Shown here in pieces: positions 48,024 to 57,902 of a stretch of DNA of 64,000 nucleotides. How positions within the stretch are numbered: position 1 is the stretch's first letter; every line of letters begins with the position of its first letter. A program made the translations under genes and the position numbers. Source of the DNA: Candidatus Woesearchaeota archaeon (GTDB taxonomy: Archaea > Nanobdellota > Nanobdellia > Woesearchaeales > ARS49); contig JACPID010000021.1 in the NCBI GenBank assembly GCA_016188265.1, forward strand, positions 15,051 through 79,050, given 5' to 3'. The notes beneath the pieces were generated by a model that saw nothing but the letters and a program-made list of their open reading frames with translations, was not told the DNA's origin and made no database searches.

Positions 48024-49514
48024 ATGATGAAACTAAAGTTTGCAAGACATGGGAGTTTTGTCTTGGTTTTTTTTGGGATTATTTTAATAAGCGGATGCGT
48101 GCAGGTTCCACAAGTACAGCAGCAGAATGCGACAAGCATAACTGATCAGCGGGCGCTGCAGAAAAATGAAATTAATACACCAGATCAACCTACGTTTCGG
48201 CTCGAAGTTCCAGATGGCGCTTTGCCAACAGGCGTGTCGGCTGAAGATATAAGCATGAAACTTGTTGATATTAAGGAAATTCCTGAAAAGTGGCGTTGGC
48301 TGAACGGCGACAGTGCATTCAGATTAGAACCAGACGGCATTGAATTCAAAGAACAGGTAACTGTTACCATCACAGCTCCTGCCCAAGACGGAACTATCCC
48401 GCGCCTTTATCTTGTCAGCGGAGAAAATGCAGAAGAACTTAAAGACGTTCAGGTTAGTTTTAATCCAGTTGAACAAATAGTTACTGCTGTGGCAAAACTT
48501 TCGCACTTTAGTACTATAATTTACCGCAAAAAGGCTTCTGTTAAAACAGTTCTTGAAAGAGGGGCTTCTGATGATAGTTCCTCTGCCAAAGCATATTTCA
48601 AAGAATGCCTGGAAACATTCAAAATCATGGAAGAGCTTTGCCAAAAGTACGAGAACTGGCATGTAGACCACACGGTTTCAGTTACGGACTTTATACGCAA
48701 GCAGCAAAATTCTTACGAAGATGTTCGTAGTGGGCTGAATAATAAGTGTGGAAGAAGAGCCGGCGACATCTATCCACTGCACATAACCTCAAAACATTTA
48801 ATAGGAGCAAAGTCCGCTTCTGATTCTGCGCACCCTGATAAAACTGTGAATGTAGAAGTGACCTGTAAGTCAAGCTGCTTTGGCTGGAAATGCCCTGCTG
48901 GTGAAGAAGAGCTTGAGAAGAACTTTACTTGCAAGGCTGGCACGTTCAAACCAGAGGAATGCATTTTAAAATGCCAGACGGGCAAGTGCTTTCCTGACAG
49001 GACACAATTTGATTGCCACGTATGCAGCGAGTGTAAGAGTGGGACTCCGACATTCCGCTGTAAAACAGACTGCGAGCAGAGAGGGAGTGGGGTGTGCAAG
49101 CAGGTAAGCACAACTCCAGACTGCTCTGTCTGCTGCACTCCGAAATGGAGCTGTACTGCATTCTCACCGAGCCCTTGCCCAGCTTCAGGCATGCAGACGC
49201 GAACATGTAAAGACACCAACAACTGCGGAACAACTTCAGGCAAACCTGCAGAGTCGCAGAGTTGCACACCTCCACCAACTTGTGATACTGGTGCTTTAGG
49301 ATCGTGCTTATCTAAAAATTGTATCTCAATATATGGTCCTGGAGGTTCTGCTAACTGCCCGGAAAAGTGCAAAATTAATGATGTATATGATAATAACTGT
49401 ATTACTAACCAGTGTAACATACCGTATCAAAACTGTATTGCTGCCTGCCACACTAGCAATCCTCCTTGCACGCTAAATGAAGTTTATGCATTACTACAAA
49501 CGATAAGCAGCTGA
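48024..49514 (+). CDS. Cys-rich surface lipoprotein with ZU5-like domain; atypical high GC
   Basis: ISGC lipobox; LEVPDGALP...LEPDGIEF...SHFS; WSCT..C..GMQTRTC.D.NNCG. Confidence 0.7.
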   Translation: MMKLKFARHGSFVLVFFGIILISGCVQVPQVQQQNATSITDQRALQKNEINTPDQPTFRLEVPDGALPTGVSAEDISMKLVDIKEIPEKWRWLNGDSAFRLEPDGIEFKEQVTVTITAPAQDGTIPRLYLVSGENAEELKDVQVSFNPVEQIVTAVAKLSHFSTIIYRKKASVKTVLERGASDDSSSAKAYFKECLETFKIMEELCQKYENWHVDHTVSVTDFIRKQQNSYEDVRSGLNNKCGRRAGDIYPLHITSKHLIGAKSASDSAHPDKTVNVEVTCKSSCFGWKCPAGEEELEKNFTCKAGTFKPEECILKCQTGKCFPDRTQFDCHVCSECKSGTPTFRCKTDCEQRGSGVCKQVSTTPDCSVCCTPKWSCTAFSPSPCPASGMQTRTCKDTNNCGTTSGKPAESQSCTPPPTCDTGALGSCLSKNCISIYGPGGSANCPEKCKINDVYDNNCITNQCNIPYQNCIAACHTSNPPCTLNEVYALLQTISS

Positions 49515-49515
49515 G

Positions 49516-49657
49516 GAATAGAAAAAGACAAAAGTAACACATAAAATAGTTTGTCTTTTTCAATCTATAGTAAATGACGTAATTATTTATACAAAATTGT
49601 CATTTAGTATATTTGCCAGGCATAACAATTTGTATAATTATTTATGTCCTCAACTAG
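49516..49657 (+). repeat. Hairpin repeat family 2, copy A-C-(D/B chimera)
   Basis: Matches the reverse complement of 27137-27321 with a deletion between the two TTATTTATGTC repeats. Confidence 0.9.
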
Positions 49658-49700
49658 AAGTGCAGAAGATTTATAAAATATTAAAAAATAACGTCACTCT

Positions 49701-50459
49701 ATGAAAGTAGTACTTTTGGGGATATTATTGTTTACTATTTTACTTGCTGCATGTAATTCAAATAGTATTCCAATATACGAAATAGGCCCTTCAATTGATG
49801 AATTAGAACCAGTAGTTAAAGTTGAAGTTCAAGAAATACCAGTTGATCTGTGTAAAGATGTAAGTTGTGACAGTAATCAAGTATGTGAAAACGGCCAATG
49901 TGTGTGTAGTGCTGATTACAAACAGTGCAGTAATCAATGTATTGAAAAAAATCAATGTTGTTCAGCAAAAGATTGCAGCAAATATCAAAAATGTGAAAAA
50001 GGTGTTTGTGTTAATGTTAATAAATGCTTTTTTGGCCAAGTATGGAATGTAAACAGCAACAAATGCGAGTGTGCGCCTGATGCTTTTTTTTGTTCAAGAC
50101 AGAATCGATGCATTCCAATAGGAAGCTGTTGCAGTATAAAAGATTGTTCTGGTGAAGGATTTATAGGATCTCAATGCAAACCTACATTATTTTTACCACG
50201 CGTCTGCGCAGGTACAGAAAAATCAGAACAATGCAAGTATGCAACAGAGGGTCTAAGAACCAGTTTTTCAACATTAAACTATTCTTTGGATGTGTATATT
50301 CAAAATGCTTATGAAGACAATAGTTTGGATGTTAAAGTTGTTTTTAATAATAAAGAAAGACTAATTTCAAATCTAGCATCTGGTGAGCTTGTATTTTTAG
50401 ATTATTCTGTTTTCTTACGTGTTGACAATCTTAAATACTCTGGCGGACAATGCAGTTAA
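49701..50459 (+). CDS. Cys-rich lipoprotein
   Basis: LAAC lipobox; repeated CC..xDC motifs. Confidence 0.7.
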   Translation: MKVVLLGILLFTILLAACNSNSIPIYEIGPSIDELEPVVKVEVQEIPVDLCKDVSCDSNQVCENGQCVCSADYKQCSNQCIEKNQCCSAKDCSKYQKCEKGVCVNVNKCFFGQVWNVNSNKCECAPDAFFCSRQNRCIPIGSCCSIKDCSGEGFIGSQCKPTLFLPRVCAGTEKSEQCKYATEGLRTSFSTLNYSLDVYIQNAYEDNSLDVKVVFNNKERLISNLASGELVFLDYSVFLRVDNLKYSGGQCS

Positions 50460-50469
50460 CAGCGCTTGT

Positions 50470-51396
50470 TTAAAACTTATTTGCCCAATTTTGAATATCA
50501 GTTATATCTTTTTCAGAAATTTTTTGTGTGTTTTGTTCAACCAATTGTTCGAGAGCTGAAATTCCTTCATCAAAAGATATTGTTTTAGATATCATTAGTT
50601 TTATAATATAAAAATCCTCTCGCCAGTTTAGTTGCTCTAAACAATTTTTAATACAATGAAAAGTGTTTTTATCTTTAGGGTTTTGTTTTATTATAATAAT
50701 ATAATCTTTCAATGCTGATAAATATCTTGATTGTTTATAATGAATATTAGCGCGAGTATTGTGAGCAAACTTGTTATTGGGTGCTTTTTCAATAAAATTA
50801 TCTAAAAACTTAAGTGCAGAATAAAACTCCTCTAAATTACAATGCGCAGCTCCAATATTATATAATGCCATATCAAAATCTGGTTTAAGCTTCAAAACTT
50901 GTTCAAAACACTTGATTGATTCTTTATATTCTTTTAAATTAAACAATATTAAGCCTTTGTGAAAATAAATATTTGGATTATCTTTAGAAAAAAACAATGC
51001 TTTATCTATGCTTTCTAAAGATTTAACATAATCATTTTTACTGCCTAAACTAGTATAGCATAATGCTTTTTTATAATACGACTCTGAAAATCCCGAATTA
51101 AGAAAAATCGCCCTATTAAAAAAATTAATTGCTTCACTGTATTTTTCTTGCGAATACAAAATACATCCTTTTAAGTAAGTTGAGTAATAGTACGAAGGAT
51201 CAAGATCAATCATTTTATTCAAGATAGCCAAACATTGATTATAATCAGATATTTTATAAGCAGCATTATACTCTTTTTTCAGCATATTAATATTTTTTTT
51301 AGGTGAGCGAAAAGAATTTTTAGCTCTTGCGCAAACATATTTTTTTTTAAACGCTAATAATTCAATTAAGTAGTTTATTAATGAAATTAATTTCAT
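50470..51396 (-). CDS. Tetratricopeptide repeat protein
   Basis: About six 34-aa TPR-like repeats (e.g. YFHKGLILFNLKEYKESIKCFEQVLKLKP). Confidence 0.85.
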   Translation of the reverse strand: MKLISLINYLIELLAFKKKYVCARAKNSFRSPKKNINMLKKEYNAAYKISDYNQCLAILNKMIDLDPSYYYSTYLKGCILYSQEKYSEAINFFNRAIFLNSGFSESYYKKALCYTSLGSKNDYVKSLESIDKALFFSKDNPNIYFHKGLILFNLKEYKESIKCFEQVLKLKPDFDMALYNIGAAHCNLEEFYSALKFLDNFIEKAPNNKFAHNTRANIHYKQSRYLSALKDYIIIIKQNPKDKNTFHCIKNCLEQLNWREDFYIIKLMISKTISFDEGISALEQLVEQNTQKISEKDITDIQNWANKF

Positions 51397-51422
51397 GCTA
51401 AAATTGTGCTACAAAATTTCTA

Positions 51423-52328
51423 TTAGTAGCTATTATGACTCTTTGTTGTTTTTTCATTATTGATAATCCAGCTATAATCATTTTCATCAAGGAATTTTTT
51501 AATGCCTTCAATATGCAGCAATAAACTGGTTTTTGTTGGAAGAGTCATTACTGCAACAGATATTAATCCAACAAGTTTGCCATCTGCTGTAATAACAGGA
51601 CCTCCGCTCATGCCTTGAACTTCAGTAAGGTCAACATCAAGATAATTATCATCAGAAGAAATATTAGGATCTCCTAAACTTCTCACATACCCCCTGGTAA
51701 CATCAAGAAGTAAGCGTCTTTTTAATTTGTCAAAATCAGGCATAACTCTGTAGCCTGCGCCAATAATTGGTTGTCCAGCATAAATTTCATCTTTATTTGC
51801 AAAAAATTCAAGTATGTTGTGCTGTTCTGATTCTGCAACTGCTAATTTAAACAATGCATGATCTTTATCATCATGTGCAAGAACTTCCAAAGGTTTGCCC
51901 TTAACACCTACAAGTTCATCAGAATAATAACCTGCTTTATCAAGTAATTGAGGGTAAATCTCAACTTCTTTTCTATATCTTTTCTTGCCTGATTCAGCTA
52001 TTACTTCTTCACGTGTTCCAAAAAAAATATGCGCAGCAGATAACAAATATAATTCCCCGTCTTTATATGCAAGACCAACAGCGCTTCCCTGATATAAATT
52101 TTCTTCACTAAGCCTAGCCAATTCTTTCCAAATTTTTTCTTCTTCAGAATACTCTTCAAGAATAGTGTGGACAACTTCTTTATTTATTACACAATATGTC
52201 ATACCAGTTAGTTTTTTAATAGTCTCTTGTTCACTTGATTGTACAATAAGAGATTCAAGAGCAGTAGCGCGTGATTCTTGAAAACTACTGCATACTGCTA
52301 GTGCTGTTGCTAAAATTATTTTTTTCAT
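51423..52328 (-). CDS. Secreted trypsin-like (S1) serine protease
   Basis: SAAH, DHALF, GMSGGP triad; signal peptide. Confidence 0.85.
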   Translation of the reverse strand: MKKIILATALAVCSSFQESRATALESLIVQSSEQETIKKLTGMTYCVINKEVVHTILEEYSEEEKIWKELARLSEENLYQGSAVGLAYKDGELYLLSAAHIFFGTREEVIAESGKKRYRKEVEIYPQLLDKAGYYSDELVGVKGKPLEVLAHDDKDHALFKLAVAESEQHNILEFFANKDEIYAGQPIIGAGYRVMPDFDKLKRRLLLDVTRGYVRSLGDPNISSDDNYLDVDLTEVQGMSGGPVITADGKLVGLISVAVMTLPTKTSLLLHIEGIKKFLDENDYSWIINNEKTTKSHNSY

Positions 52329-53407
52329 TCTAAATGAGGGATATATATGTATGAATATCCTTCTTTTCTTAAAAATTCTTGAATCAATCTTGGGTGAACA
52401 AATCCATTCATATTTTCACCACTTGTAACACCTAAGCGCGAAAGCCCTGCAAAAGAATAATATTGAACAATATTATCTCCTTCAAAAACTTCTTTTGTTG
52501 CTACAAAAACAGGGCCTCCGCTATTTCCAGGACTAACTGGTGCTGTTCCGAAAAAGAAGTTATCAGGATTCTCTTTTCTTATGCCAATTATTGAAGAAAT
52601 CTCTCCTGAACTTACTTGGCGTGAAAATCCTAAAGGAAATCCTACAACTGCAATTTTTTGCCCTTCTTTCAAGTTATTATACTTCAGCCAGTTGCTATTC
52701 CATGCCGGATACCGTGCTAAATGATCAATATACCTTTTCTTAGTGCGATAATTTTCATCAAATTTTAACAAAGCTATATCATCATTTTTAATCCAGTCTT
52801 TTGAATCAATATCAATACCCGTATGAGCAATTTCACGCATTGGAAATAATTCAAAATCTTTGACATCATATCCTTCAAGAACTTCACTAATAACCACACC
52901 AATTTCTTTTTTCACCAGACTTGCTTTGTTAAAAAGATTCATATACTTATTTAAGTCTTTTAATGTAAAAAAATTAAATTGAGCGCCATTATCTCTTTGA
53001 TAACTTCCAAAATACCTCCCATTTTCTGATCTTCCATTAAGTGAAAATCCAAAAACCATCATTTCTTTTGGAGGCTCAACAACATGGTCGCAAGTTAGCA
53101 TAAAAACATTTCTTTCTTCTAAATTAGAATAAACAACTATGCCTGAACCTGATCCATAGAATTCTATTTGTTCTTTAGAAATTTGTCTTGTTTGTGGATT
53201 TATTAATTCAAATTCATAAGTTGCTTTGCAAACAACTTGATGAGTTGCCTTAAGAATATCATCTATACTATTCTGGGAGGTGCTGTGTTGATTATAATAA
53301 ATACAGTTTTTATCAAGCTTTTTTAAGCCTAAACCATACCCTGTGCCAAATCCTATGCTTAAAGCTGTGCATAATGCAAGAGCTTTTTTTGGTGTTTTTT
53401 TATTCAT
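52325..53407 (-). CDS. Membrane-anchored/secreted trypsin-like (S1) serine protease
   Basis: TCDHVV, DDIALL, GFP, PGNSGGP triad. Confidence 0.88.
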   Translation of the reverse strand: MNKKTPKKALALCTALSIGFGTGYGLGLKKLDKNCIYYNQHSTSQNSIDDILKATHQVVCKATYEFELINPQTRQISKEQIEFYGSGSGIVVYSNLEERNVFMLTCDHVVEPPKEMMVFGFSLNGRSENGRYFGSYQRDNGAQFNFFTLKDLNKYMNLFNKASLVKKEIGVVISEVLEGYDVKDFELFPMREIAHTGIDIDSKDWIKNDDIALLKFDENYRTKKRYIDHLARYPAWNSNWLKYNNLKEGQKIAVVGFPLGFSRQVSSGEISSIIGIRKENPDNFFFGTAPVSPGNSGGPVFVATKEVFEGDNIVQYYSFAGLSRLGVTSGENMNGFVHPRLIQEFLRKEGYSYIYIPHLE

Positions 53408-53450
53408 TAATAATCCGCCTCTATTTTGTTTTTTTTTTATTTGTCATTTT

Positions 53451-53705
53451 TTATGGTAAAAAGCGAACAGAGCTACTCTGGCGCTTAACTCCTAACTGTT
53501 TGCGTATCCATTGATCTGTTTCTTTAAATGATTTTAAAGGGAAATTTTGTTTTAAAACAAGCTTTTTTTTTAAAATAGCAACCTGAGAATGTTCTTTTCT
53601 AAAAAGTTCACATTGAGTGCAGCATAATTTTTCTTGAATATATCTATCATGTACAACTCCAAAGTGCCCGCATCCTTTCATAACAAGTGTTAAAAATTTC
53701 TCCAC
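53451..53705 (-). CDS. Small Cys-containing (possibly Zn-binding) hypothetical protein
   Basis: GCGH...CCTQC; overlaps upstream ORF. Confidence 0.55.
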   Translation of the reverse strand: MEKFLTLVMKGCGHFGVVHDRYIQEKLCCTQCELFRKEHSQVAILKKKLVLKQNFPLKSFKETDQWIRKQLGVKRQSSSVRFLP

Positions 53706-54001
53706 GGCATTCCTCCATCATGTTTTTTATCAAATTCTTGTTTTTGCTGTTCTAAAAACAAGTCAAGCGCTTCTTCATTTACAAAAGTATAATCTTTAAT
53801 ACAGGTTTTTTTAAGTGTTAACAAATCAACAACGAGCGCTGAAAACGAATAATGCTTATTTTCAGGCAACTTTTCTGATTTAAGTATAACAAAATAGTTT
53901 TCATATTTTTTTGATTCAAATTTTATAATAAAATTTTTTGTTTTCTCAAACTCAGCAAATTCAGTATGCCATGGTTCTGTATAGGGAACATACATTATCA
54001 T
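53690..54001 (-). CDS. Hypothetical protein
   Basis: Start codon abuts the AAA stop codon; SD-like GAGTGA upstream. Confidence 0.6.
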   Translation of the reverse strand: MIMYVPYTEPWHTEFAEFEKTKNFIIKFESKKYENYFVILKSEKLPENKHYSFSALVVDLLTLKKTCIKDYTFVNEEALDLFLEQQKQEFDKKHDGGMPWRNF

Positions 54002-54951
54002 TATTCTTCACTCTTTTGCTGTTTATTCTTTTTTAATAGTTCGCCAAATCCAACAGTTCTTTCTTGTTTTTTTCTTTCAAGTTTATACATTTCAAGTTGA
54101 TCCAAAATATCCTGCATAATTATACTGCTAGAGTTAGAAACTAGTTCTTCAACTGATAAATTGTTTTTCACAAGCGCATCATAAGCATTGCAAGTCTTCT
54201 GCCAGCAGGATCGCCTAACAACTTCTGCAATATCCGAGCCTGAAAAGCCTTCGCTTTCTTTAGCTAAAATAGCATAATTAATATTTTTACTAAAAGGTTT
54301 TTTAATTGATTTTTTTCTAAAATTATTGAGATGAATTTTAAATATTTCAATTTTGTCATTATAATCTGGAGGCGGAACTTTTATAATAATATCAAAACGC
54401 CCTGGACGAACAATTGCTGAATCAAGAATTTTTAAAAGATTTGTTGATGCAACAACATATATATTTTCACGTGATTTCAGCCCGTCTAAATAGGTATTAA
54501 GTGTTGCAACAACTTTATTATCTTCTCTAGTATCATAACGAATTTGTCTGCTTGCTGCAATGCTGTCAAATTCATCAAAATACATTATACAAGTTCCACT
54601 CCTTTTAGTCATTCTTTTTGCTGTTTCAAATTTATCTCTTAAATTATTTGCAGTTTCATTAACCCACATACTACCAATATCAGAACATTTTACATCCATA
54701 AAGTATGCATCGCATTCATTGGCTAAAGCTTTTGCAAGCAATGTTTTTCCATTGCCAGGACTGCCATATAAAAGAATGCCTCTAGGAGGATTAGCTCCAT
54801 ATAAAGAACTTATTTCAGGATTTTTAATAAACAAGCTTAGTTTTTTAAGCTCTTCTTTAGCTTTTCTACAACCACCAACATTATCAAAATATATAAGATC
54901 TTCAATAGCTTTATCTTTTGCTTTAACTGCTAAAGCTTTGGTGGTTGGCAT
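54001..54951 (-). CDS. Single-domain classical AAA+ ATPase (CDC48/FtsH/PAN clade)
   Basis: GSPGNGKT, YFDEFD, ASTN..LDSAIVRPGRFD, GFSGSDI, C-terminal VGF. Confidence 0.92.
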   Translation of the reverse strand: MPTTKALAVKAKDKAIEDLIYFDNVGGCRKAKEELKKLSLFIKNPEISSLYGANPPRGILLYGSPGNGKTLLAKALANECDAYFMDVKCSDIGSMWVNETANNLRDKFETAKRMTKRSGTCIMYFDEFDSIAASRQIRYDTREDNKVVATLNTYLDGLKSRENIYVVASTNLLKILDSAIVRPGRFDIIIKVPPPDYNDKIEIFKIHLNNFRKKSIKKPFSKNINYAILAKESEGFSGSDIAEVVRRSCWQKTCNAYDALVKNNLSVEELVSNSSSIIMQDILDQLEMYKLERKKQERTVGFGELLKKNKQQKSEE

Positions 54952-54970
54952 TTATTTTTCACATCTTAAT

Positions 54971-57496
54971 TTATTTCTTTTTTTTGCTCAAAGATTCTAA
55001 AAAATGATCTAATACATATTCCCATCTGCCATATTTTTTATTATCATCATAATAAAAGTTTGTAATGCCTCTTAAACTTGGAACTACACCAACAGTATCT
55101 TCAAATTTATGCGGTGGTTGCATTGTTGTACATGCTGTTATGAATGATCCATTGGAATATCCTGCCATTGGAACATGCCAGTGGCCAAATGAAACATGAT
55201 CATACTTCATTGCAGCATCTAATAAATGCTTCATGGCGCCATAAATAACATCGCTTGAGCCTTTTTTAAAATGGTGCATTGCATAAAATGTTTTATTTCC
55301 AATTCTCAACCCGCCGCTGCCATTCTCTGCTCCAGGATCATCATATATGTGGACTCTTTTTTCCTCATGATACTCAAGAGGTAAAAGAAGCGATAAATCG
55401 CGCGATTCATCCCATTTTTTGCTTGTGCCATTATAATGATTTCCTGAAACAAAAACAATATGTGATTGTTTTCTTTTTTCAAGAATTTCTTCAATATAAG
55501 GAGTAAAGCACCATTTAAATTGTTCTAATTGTTTGCTCATATGCGTTATTGGTATTCCTGCTTGAATTTCTAAAGTCAATTGCGCTAAGATAACTGATTT
55601 TTCTTTGTCAGATAATAAAGGATTGTTGAGTATTTGTTCAGTGCGCCCCTTTGTTTTAAAAGGAACATCTGATAAATATTCACCATTTGAGTTAAAGGTT
55701 CTATCCAGAATTCCGTGAAGATTATCGCCTCCAAACCAAAGTATATCTGGCAGTTTTGTTGAGCGCTGATATTCTTGAACTAAATCAACAAGCTGATAAT
55801 TACTTAGTTTGCCAGGAGTGTTTGGAGCGCCAAGATGTGTATCGCTTGTGTACTCAACTTTTGTTAAATTAAGTTTTATTTTTTCTTCGAATGTTTTTAT
55901 TTCTTTTTTATATTTTTTTCGTTCTTCTTTATCTTTTGTGCTTTTTAATTCTGCAAGTTTTGCATCTATTTCTTGTTTTAGTTTCCCAAAGACAACAAGC
56001 TGCTCAAAAGGAATAAACTCAACAACATCTCTTCCATCTTTATAGCGAGTATGTATTACTGCGCCTGAAGCAAATATCTTTTCATCCCATCGCTTTGTAT
56101 GCCAATTTCTTATTCTTTTCTGTTCGCAATCTAAAAGTTTTTGAGGATCATGAAATGTTGGAAGATGCAGATAATCTACAATCTCTCTTTGAGGCTCTGC
56201 TTCATTTTCTAAAGTTGATTCACGATATTTTGGTGCAGGCATGTGTTCAAAACCTGTTGCTCCGTGCGTTGCAATAAGAATATCTCCTACAGGCAGATTT
56301 GTAAGATTGCGTAAATGATTATGTTTTTGCAGTTCAGGAATTGATTTTTTTGATAAATTATCTGATCTAAAACTTACATTATGAAACACAATAAATCTCA
56401 AGCCTTTGGTATTTATCTGCCCTGGCTTTAAATATATTTCGTTCTCAATATTTTCACTTTTGCCTGGATTTTTTAATTTTTTTTCATCAAAATCTCTTTG
56501 AAATTTGGCATGTGGAATAAATCTTTTATTTGGATCTATTGAAAGAAGCGCATTTTGGTATTGTTTTTTTGCTTTGTAAAAAAATAATTCACGTTCTACA
56601 GTTGTTAAGCTATATCTTCCTGTAAATCTAGTAACCCCCATATGTGCTAGTTTATTTTTAACCTCTGCCAAACGGTTTTCAGCTTCACATAATTCTCTTT
56701 TGCTGCTTTCAAAATGTTCTTCATTTTTTTTTACTTCTTTTTCTAATAAAGCTAATTTATCAGAAAGATTTTTTTTGGCTTTTTTGCCGTATAATGCTTG
56801 CACATAATCAACAAAAGCTATTTCTGCTTCTTTTGGAAGTTTTTTAATATTATCTGCTTGTTCCAAACAAAATTTTTTAACACAATCCTCGAGTGTGTTT
56901 CCACTAGAATCTTCATTTAATTTTTTCAATAGATCATATTCTGTTCTAAGCCAGTTAAGATCTATATTGATTTTGTTTGTTTTTTTTTCAAGTTTGTCTT
57001 TTTGTTCTTCAAATTTAGGCTTATCAAAACTAAGCTTAATTAATAACTTTTCAGCATCTGCAATATGTTTTACATCTTCTTCGCCAGGAATGTAATGAAA
57101 AGGCGCATTTGGCACTACATCAAGTAATTTTTTAATTTCTCTTCTAGCAACATTTAATGCATCTTCCAAAGAAGTAATTTTTTTCTTAATATTTTTCTCA
57201 AAATATTCTTCTGATTTTTTATCCTTAAAATTATTAAGTAATTCTTGAGGGCTGTCTTCTTCTTTTAAAAGATCATTGCCAACAAAACTCATTTCCCTTG
57301 CATTTTGAGGTGTTAATTCTCTAGGAATATAAGGAACAATCCCCCCATTAATAAGAACCATATCAAGATCTTTTCCTAAATTATTTTTTTCAAGAAAAAA
57401 AGCAAGTCCATCTGTAGCAAGAGGTTCATATACTTTTGTGCCGCATCCAAATTCTCCGACTGCAAGATACTTGATTAATTTTTCATTATTTGTCAT
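54971..57496 (-). CDS. Tandem metallophosphoesterase protein (degenerate N-terminal, intact C-terminal) with coiled coils
   Basis: C-terminal SDTH, GGD, GNH, MHH, GHWH; N-terminal VGEFG, INGG, PGEED, VFHN, ATHG; ATGA overlap with upstream gene. Confidence 0.75.
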   Translation of the reverse strand: MTNNEKLIKYLAVGEFGCGTKVYEPLATDGLAFFLEKNNLGKDLDMVLINGGIVPYIPRELTPQNAREMSFVGNDLLKEEDSPQELLNNFKDKKSEEYFEKNIKKKITSLEDALNVARREIKKLLDVVPNAPFHYIPGEEDVKHIADAEKLLIKLSFDKPKFEEQKDKLEKKTNKINIDLNWLRTEYDLLKKLNEDSSGNTLEDCVKKFCLEQADNIKKLPKEAEIAFVDYVQALYGKKAKKNLSDKLALLEKEVKKNEEHFESSKRELCEAENRLAEVKNKLAHMGVTRFTGRYSLTTVERELFFYKAKKQYQNALLSIDPNKRFIPHAKFQRDFDEKKLKNPGKSENIENEIYLKPGQINTKGLRFIVFHNVSFRSDNLSKKSIPELQKHNHLRNLTNLPVGDILIATHGATGFEHMPAPKYRESTLENEAEPQREIVDYLHLPTFHDPQKLLDCEQKRIRNWHTKRWDEKIFASGAVIHTRYKDGRDVVEFIPFEQLVVFGKLKQEIDAKLAELKSTKDKEERKKYKKEIKTFEEKIKLNLTKVEYTSDTHLGAPNTPGKLSNYQLVDLVQEYQRSTKLPDILWFGGDNLHGILDRTFNSNGEYLSDVPFKTKGRTEQILNNPLLSDKEKSVILAQLTLEIQAGIPITHMSKQLEQFKWCFTPYIEEILEKRKQSHIVFVSGNHYNGTSKKWDESRDLSLLLPLEYHEEKRVHIYDDPGAENGSGGLRIGNKTFYAMHHFKKGSSDVIYGAMKHLLDAAMKYDHVSFGHWHVPMAGYSNGSFITACTTMQPPHKFEDTVGVVPSLRGITNFYYDDNKKYGRWEYVLDHFLESLSKKKK

Positions 57497-57900
57497 TTGT
57501 TTGCAGTTTCTTGCCAAGCAATGTCTCCGTTTTTTTCACGATACGCAATAACAGTTCTACAGTTTACACCCAAATGTTCTTTTAAATAATGTTTTGCATC
57601 AAATAATTGCTCCATTGCGCGTTCAAGACGCTTTTGTGAACAGCCTGATTTAACTTCAACAAGTATCCACTCAAGATAATTGTTGTATTTTCCATTTTTG
57701 TCAGCTTTTTCTGCTAAAAATAATAAATCAGGTATGCGAATCAAGTGATCTCCATCCCTGTATAATGCAACTTCTTCAGTTGCCACGTAAACATTTCTTA
57801 TACCAATGAGCGACGGCTGTTTTTTGATCTGTTGTTTTAATTCATCATGTTTTTGAGCAGTGCCACCCATTTTTTTATGAGTTAGATGAGATGTCACCAT
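57493..57900 (-). CDS. PD-(D/E)xK family nuclease-like protein
   Basis: EE...IPDLLF...LVEVKSG...AMEQL. Confidence 0.7.
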   Translation of the reverse strand: MVTSHLTHKKMGGTAQKHDELKQQIKKQPSLIGIRNVYVATEEVALYRDGDHLIRIPDLLFLAEKADKNGKYNNYLEWILVEVKSGCSQKRLERAMEQLFDAKHYLKEHLGVNCRTVIAYREKNGDIAWQETANK

Positions 57901-57902
57901 AA

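Noticed and set aside
48185-49420. Antisense ORFs up to 216 aa inside the 48024 gene
   Set aside because: Shadow frames caused by higher GC; no recognisable motifs
50470-57900. Provirus or CBASS locus
   Set aside because: No capsid, terminase, integrase, CD-NTase or HORMA motifs recognisable
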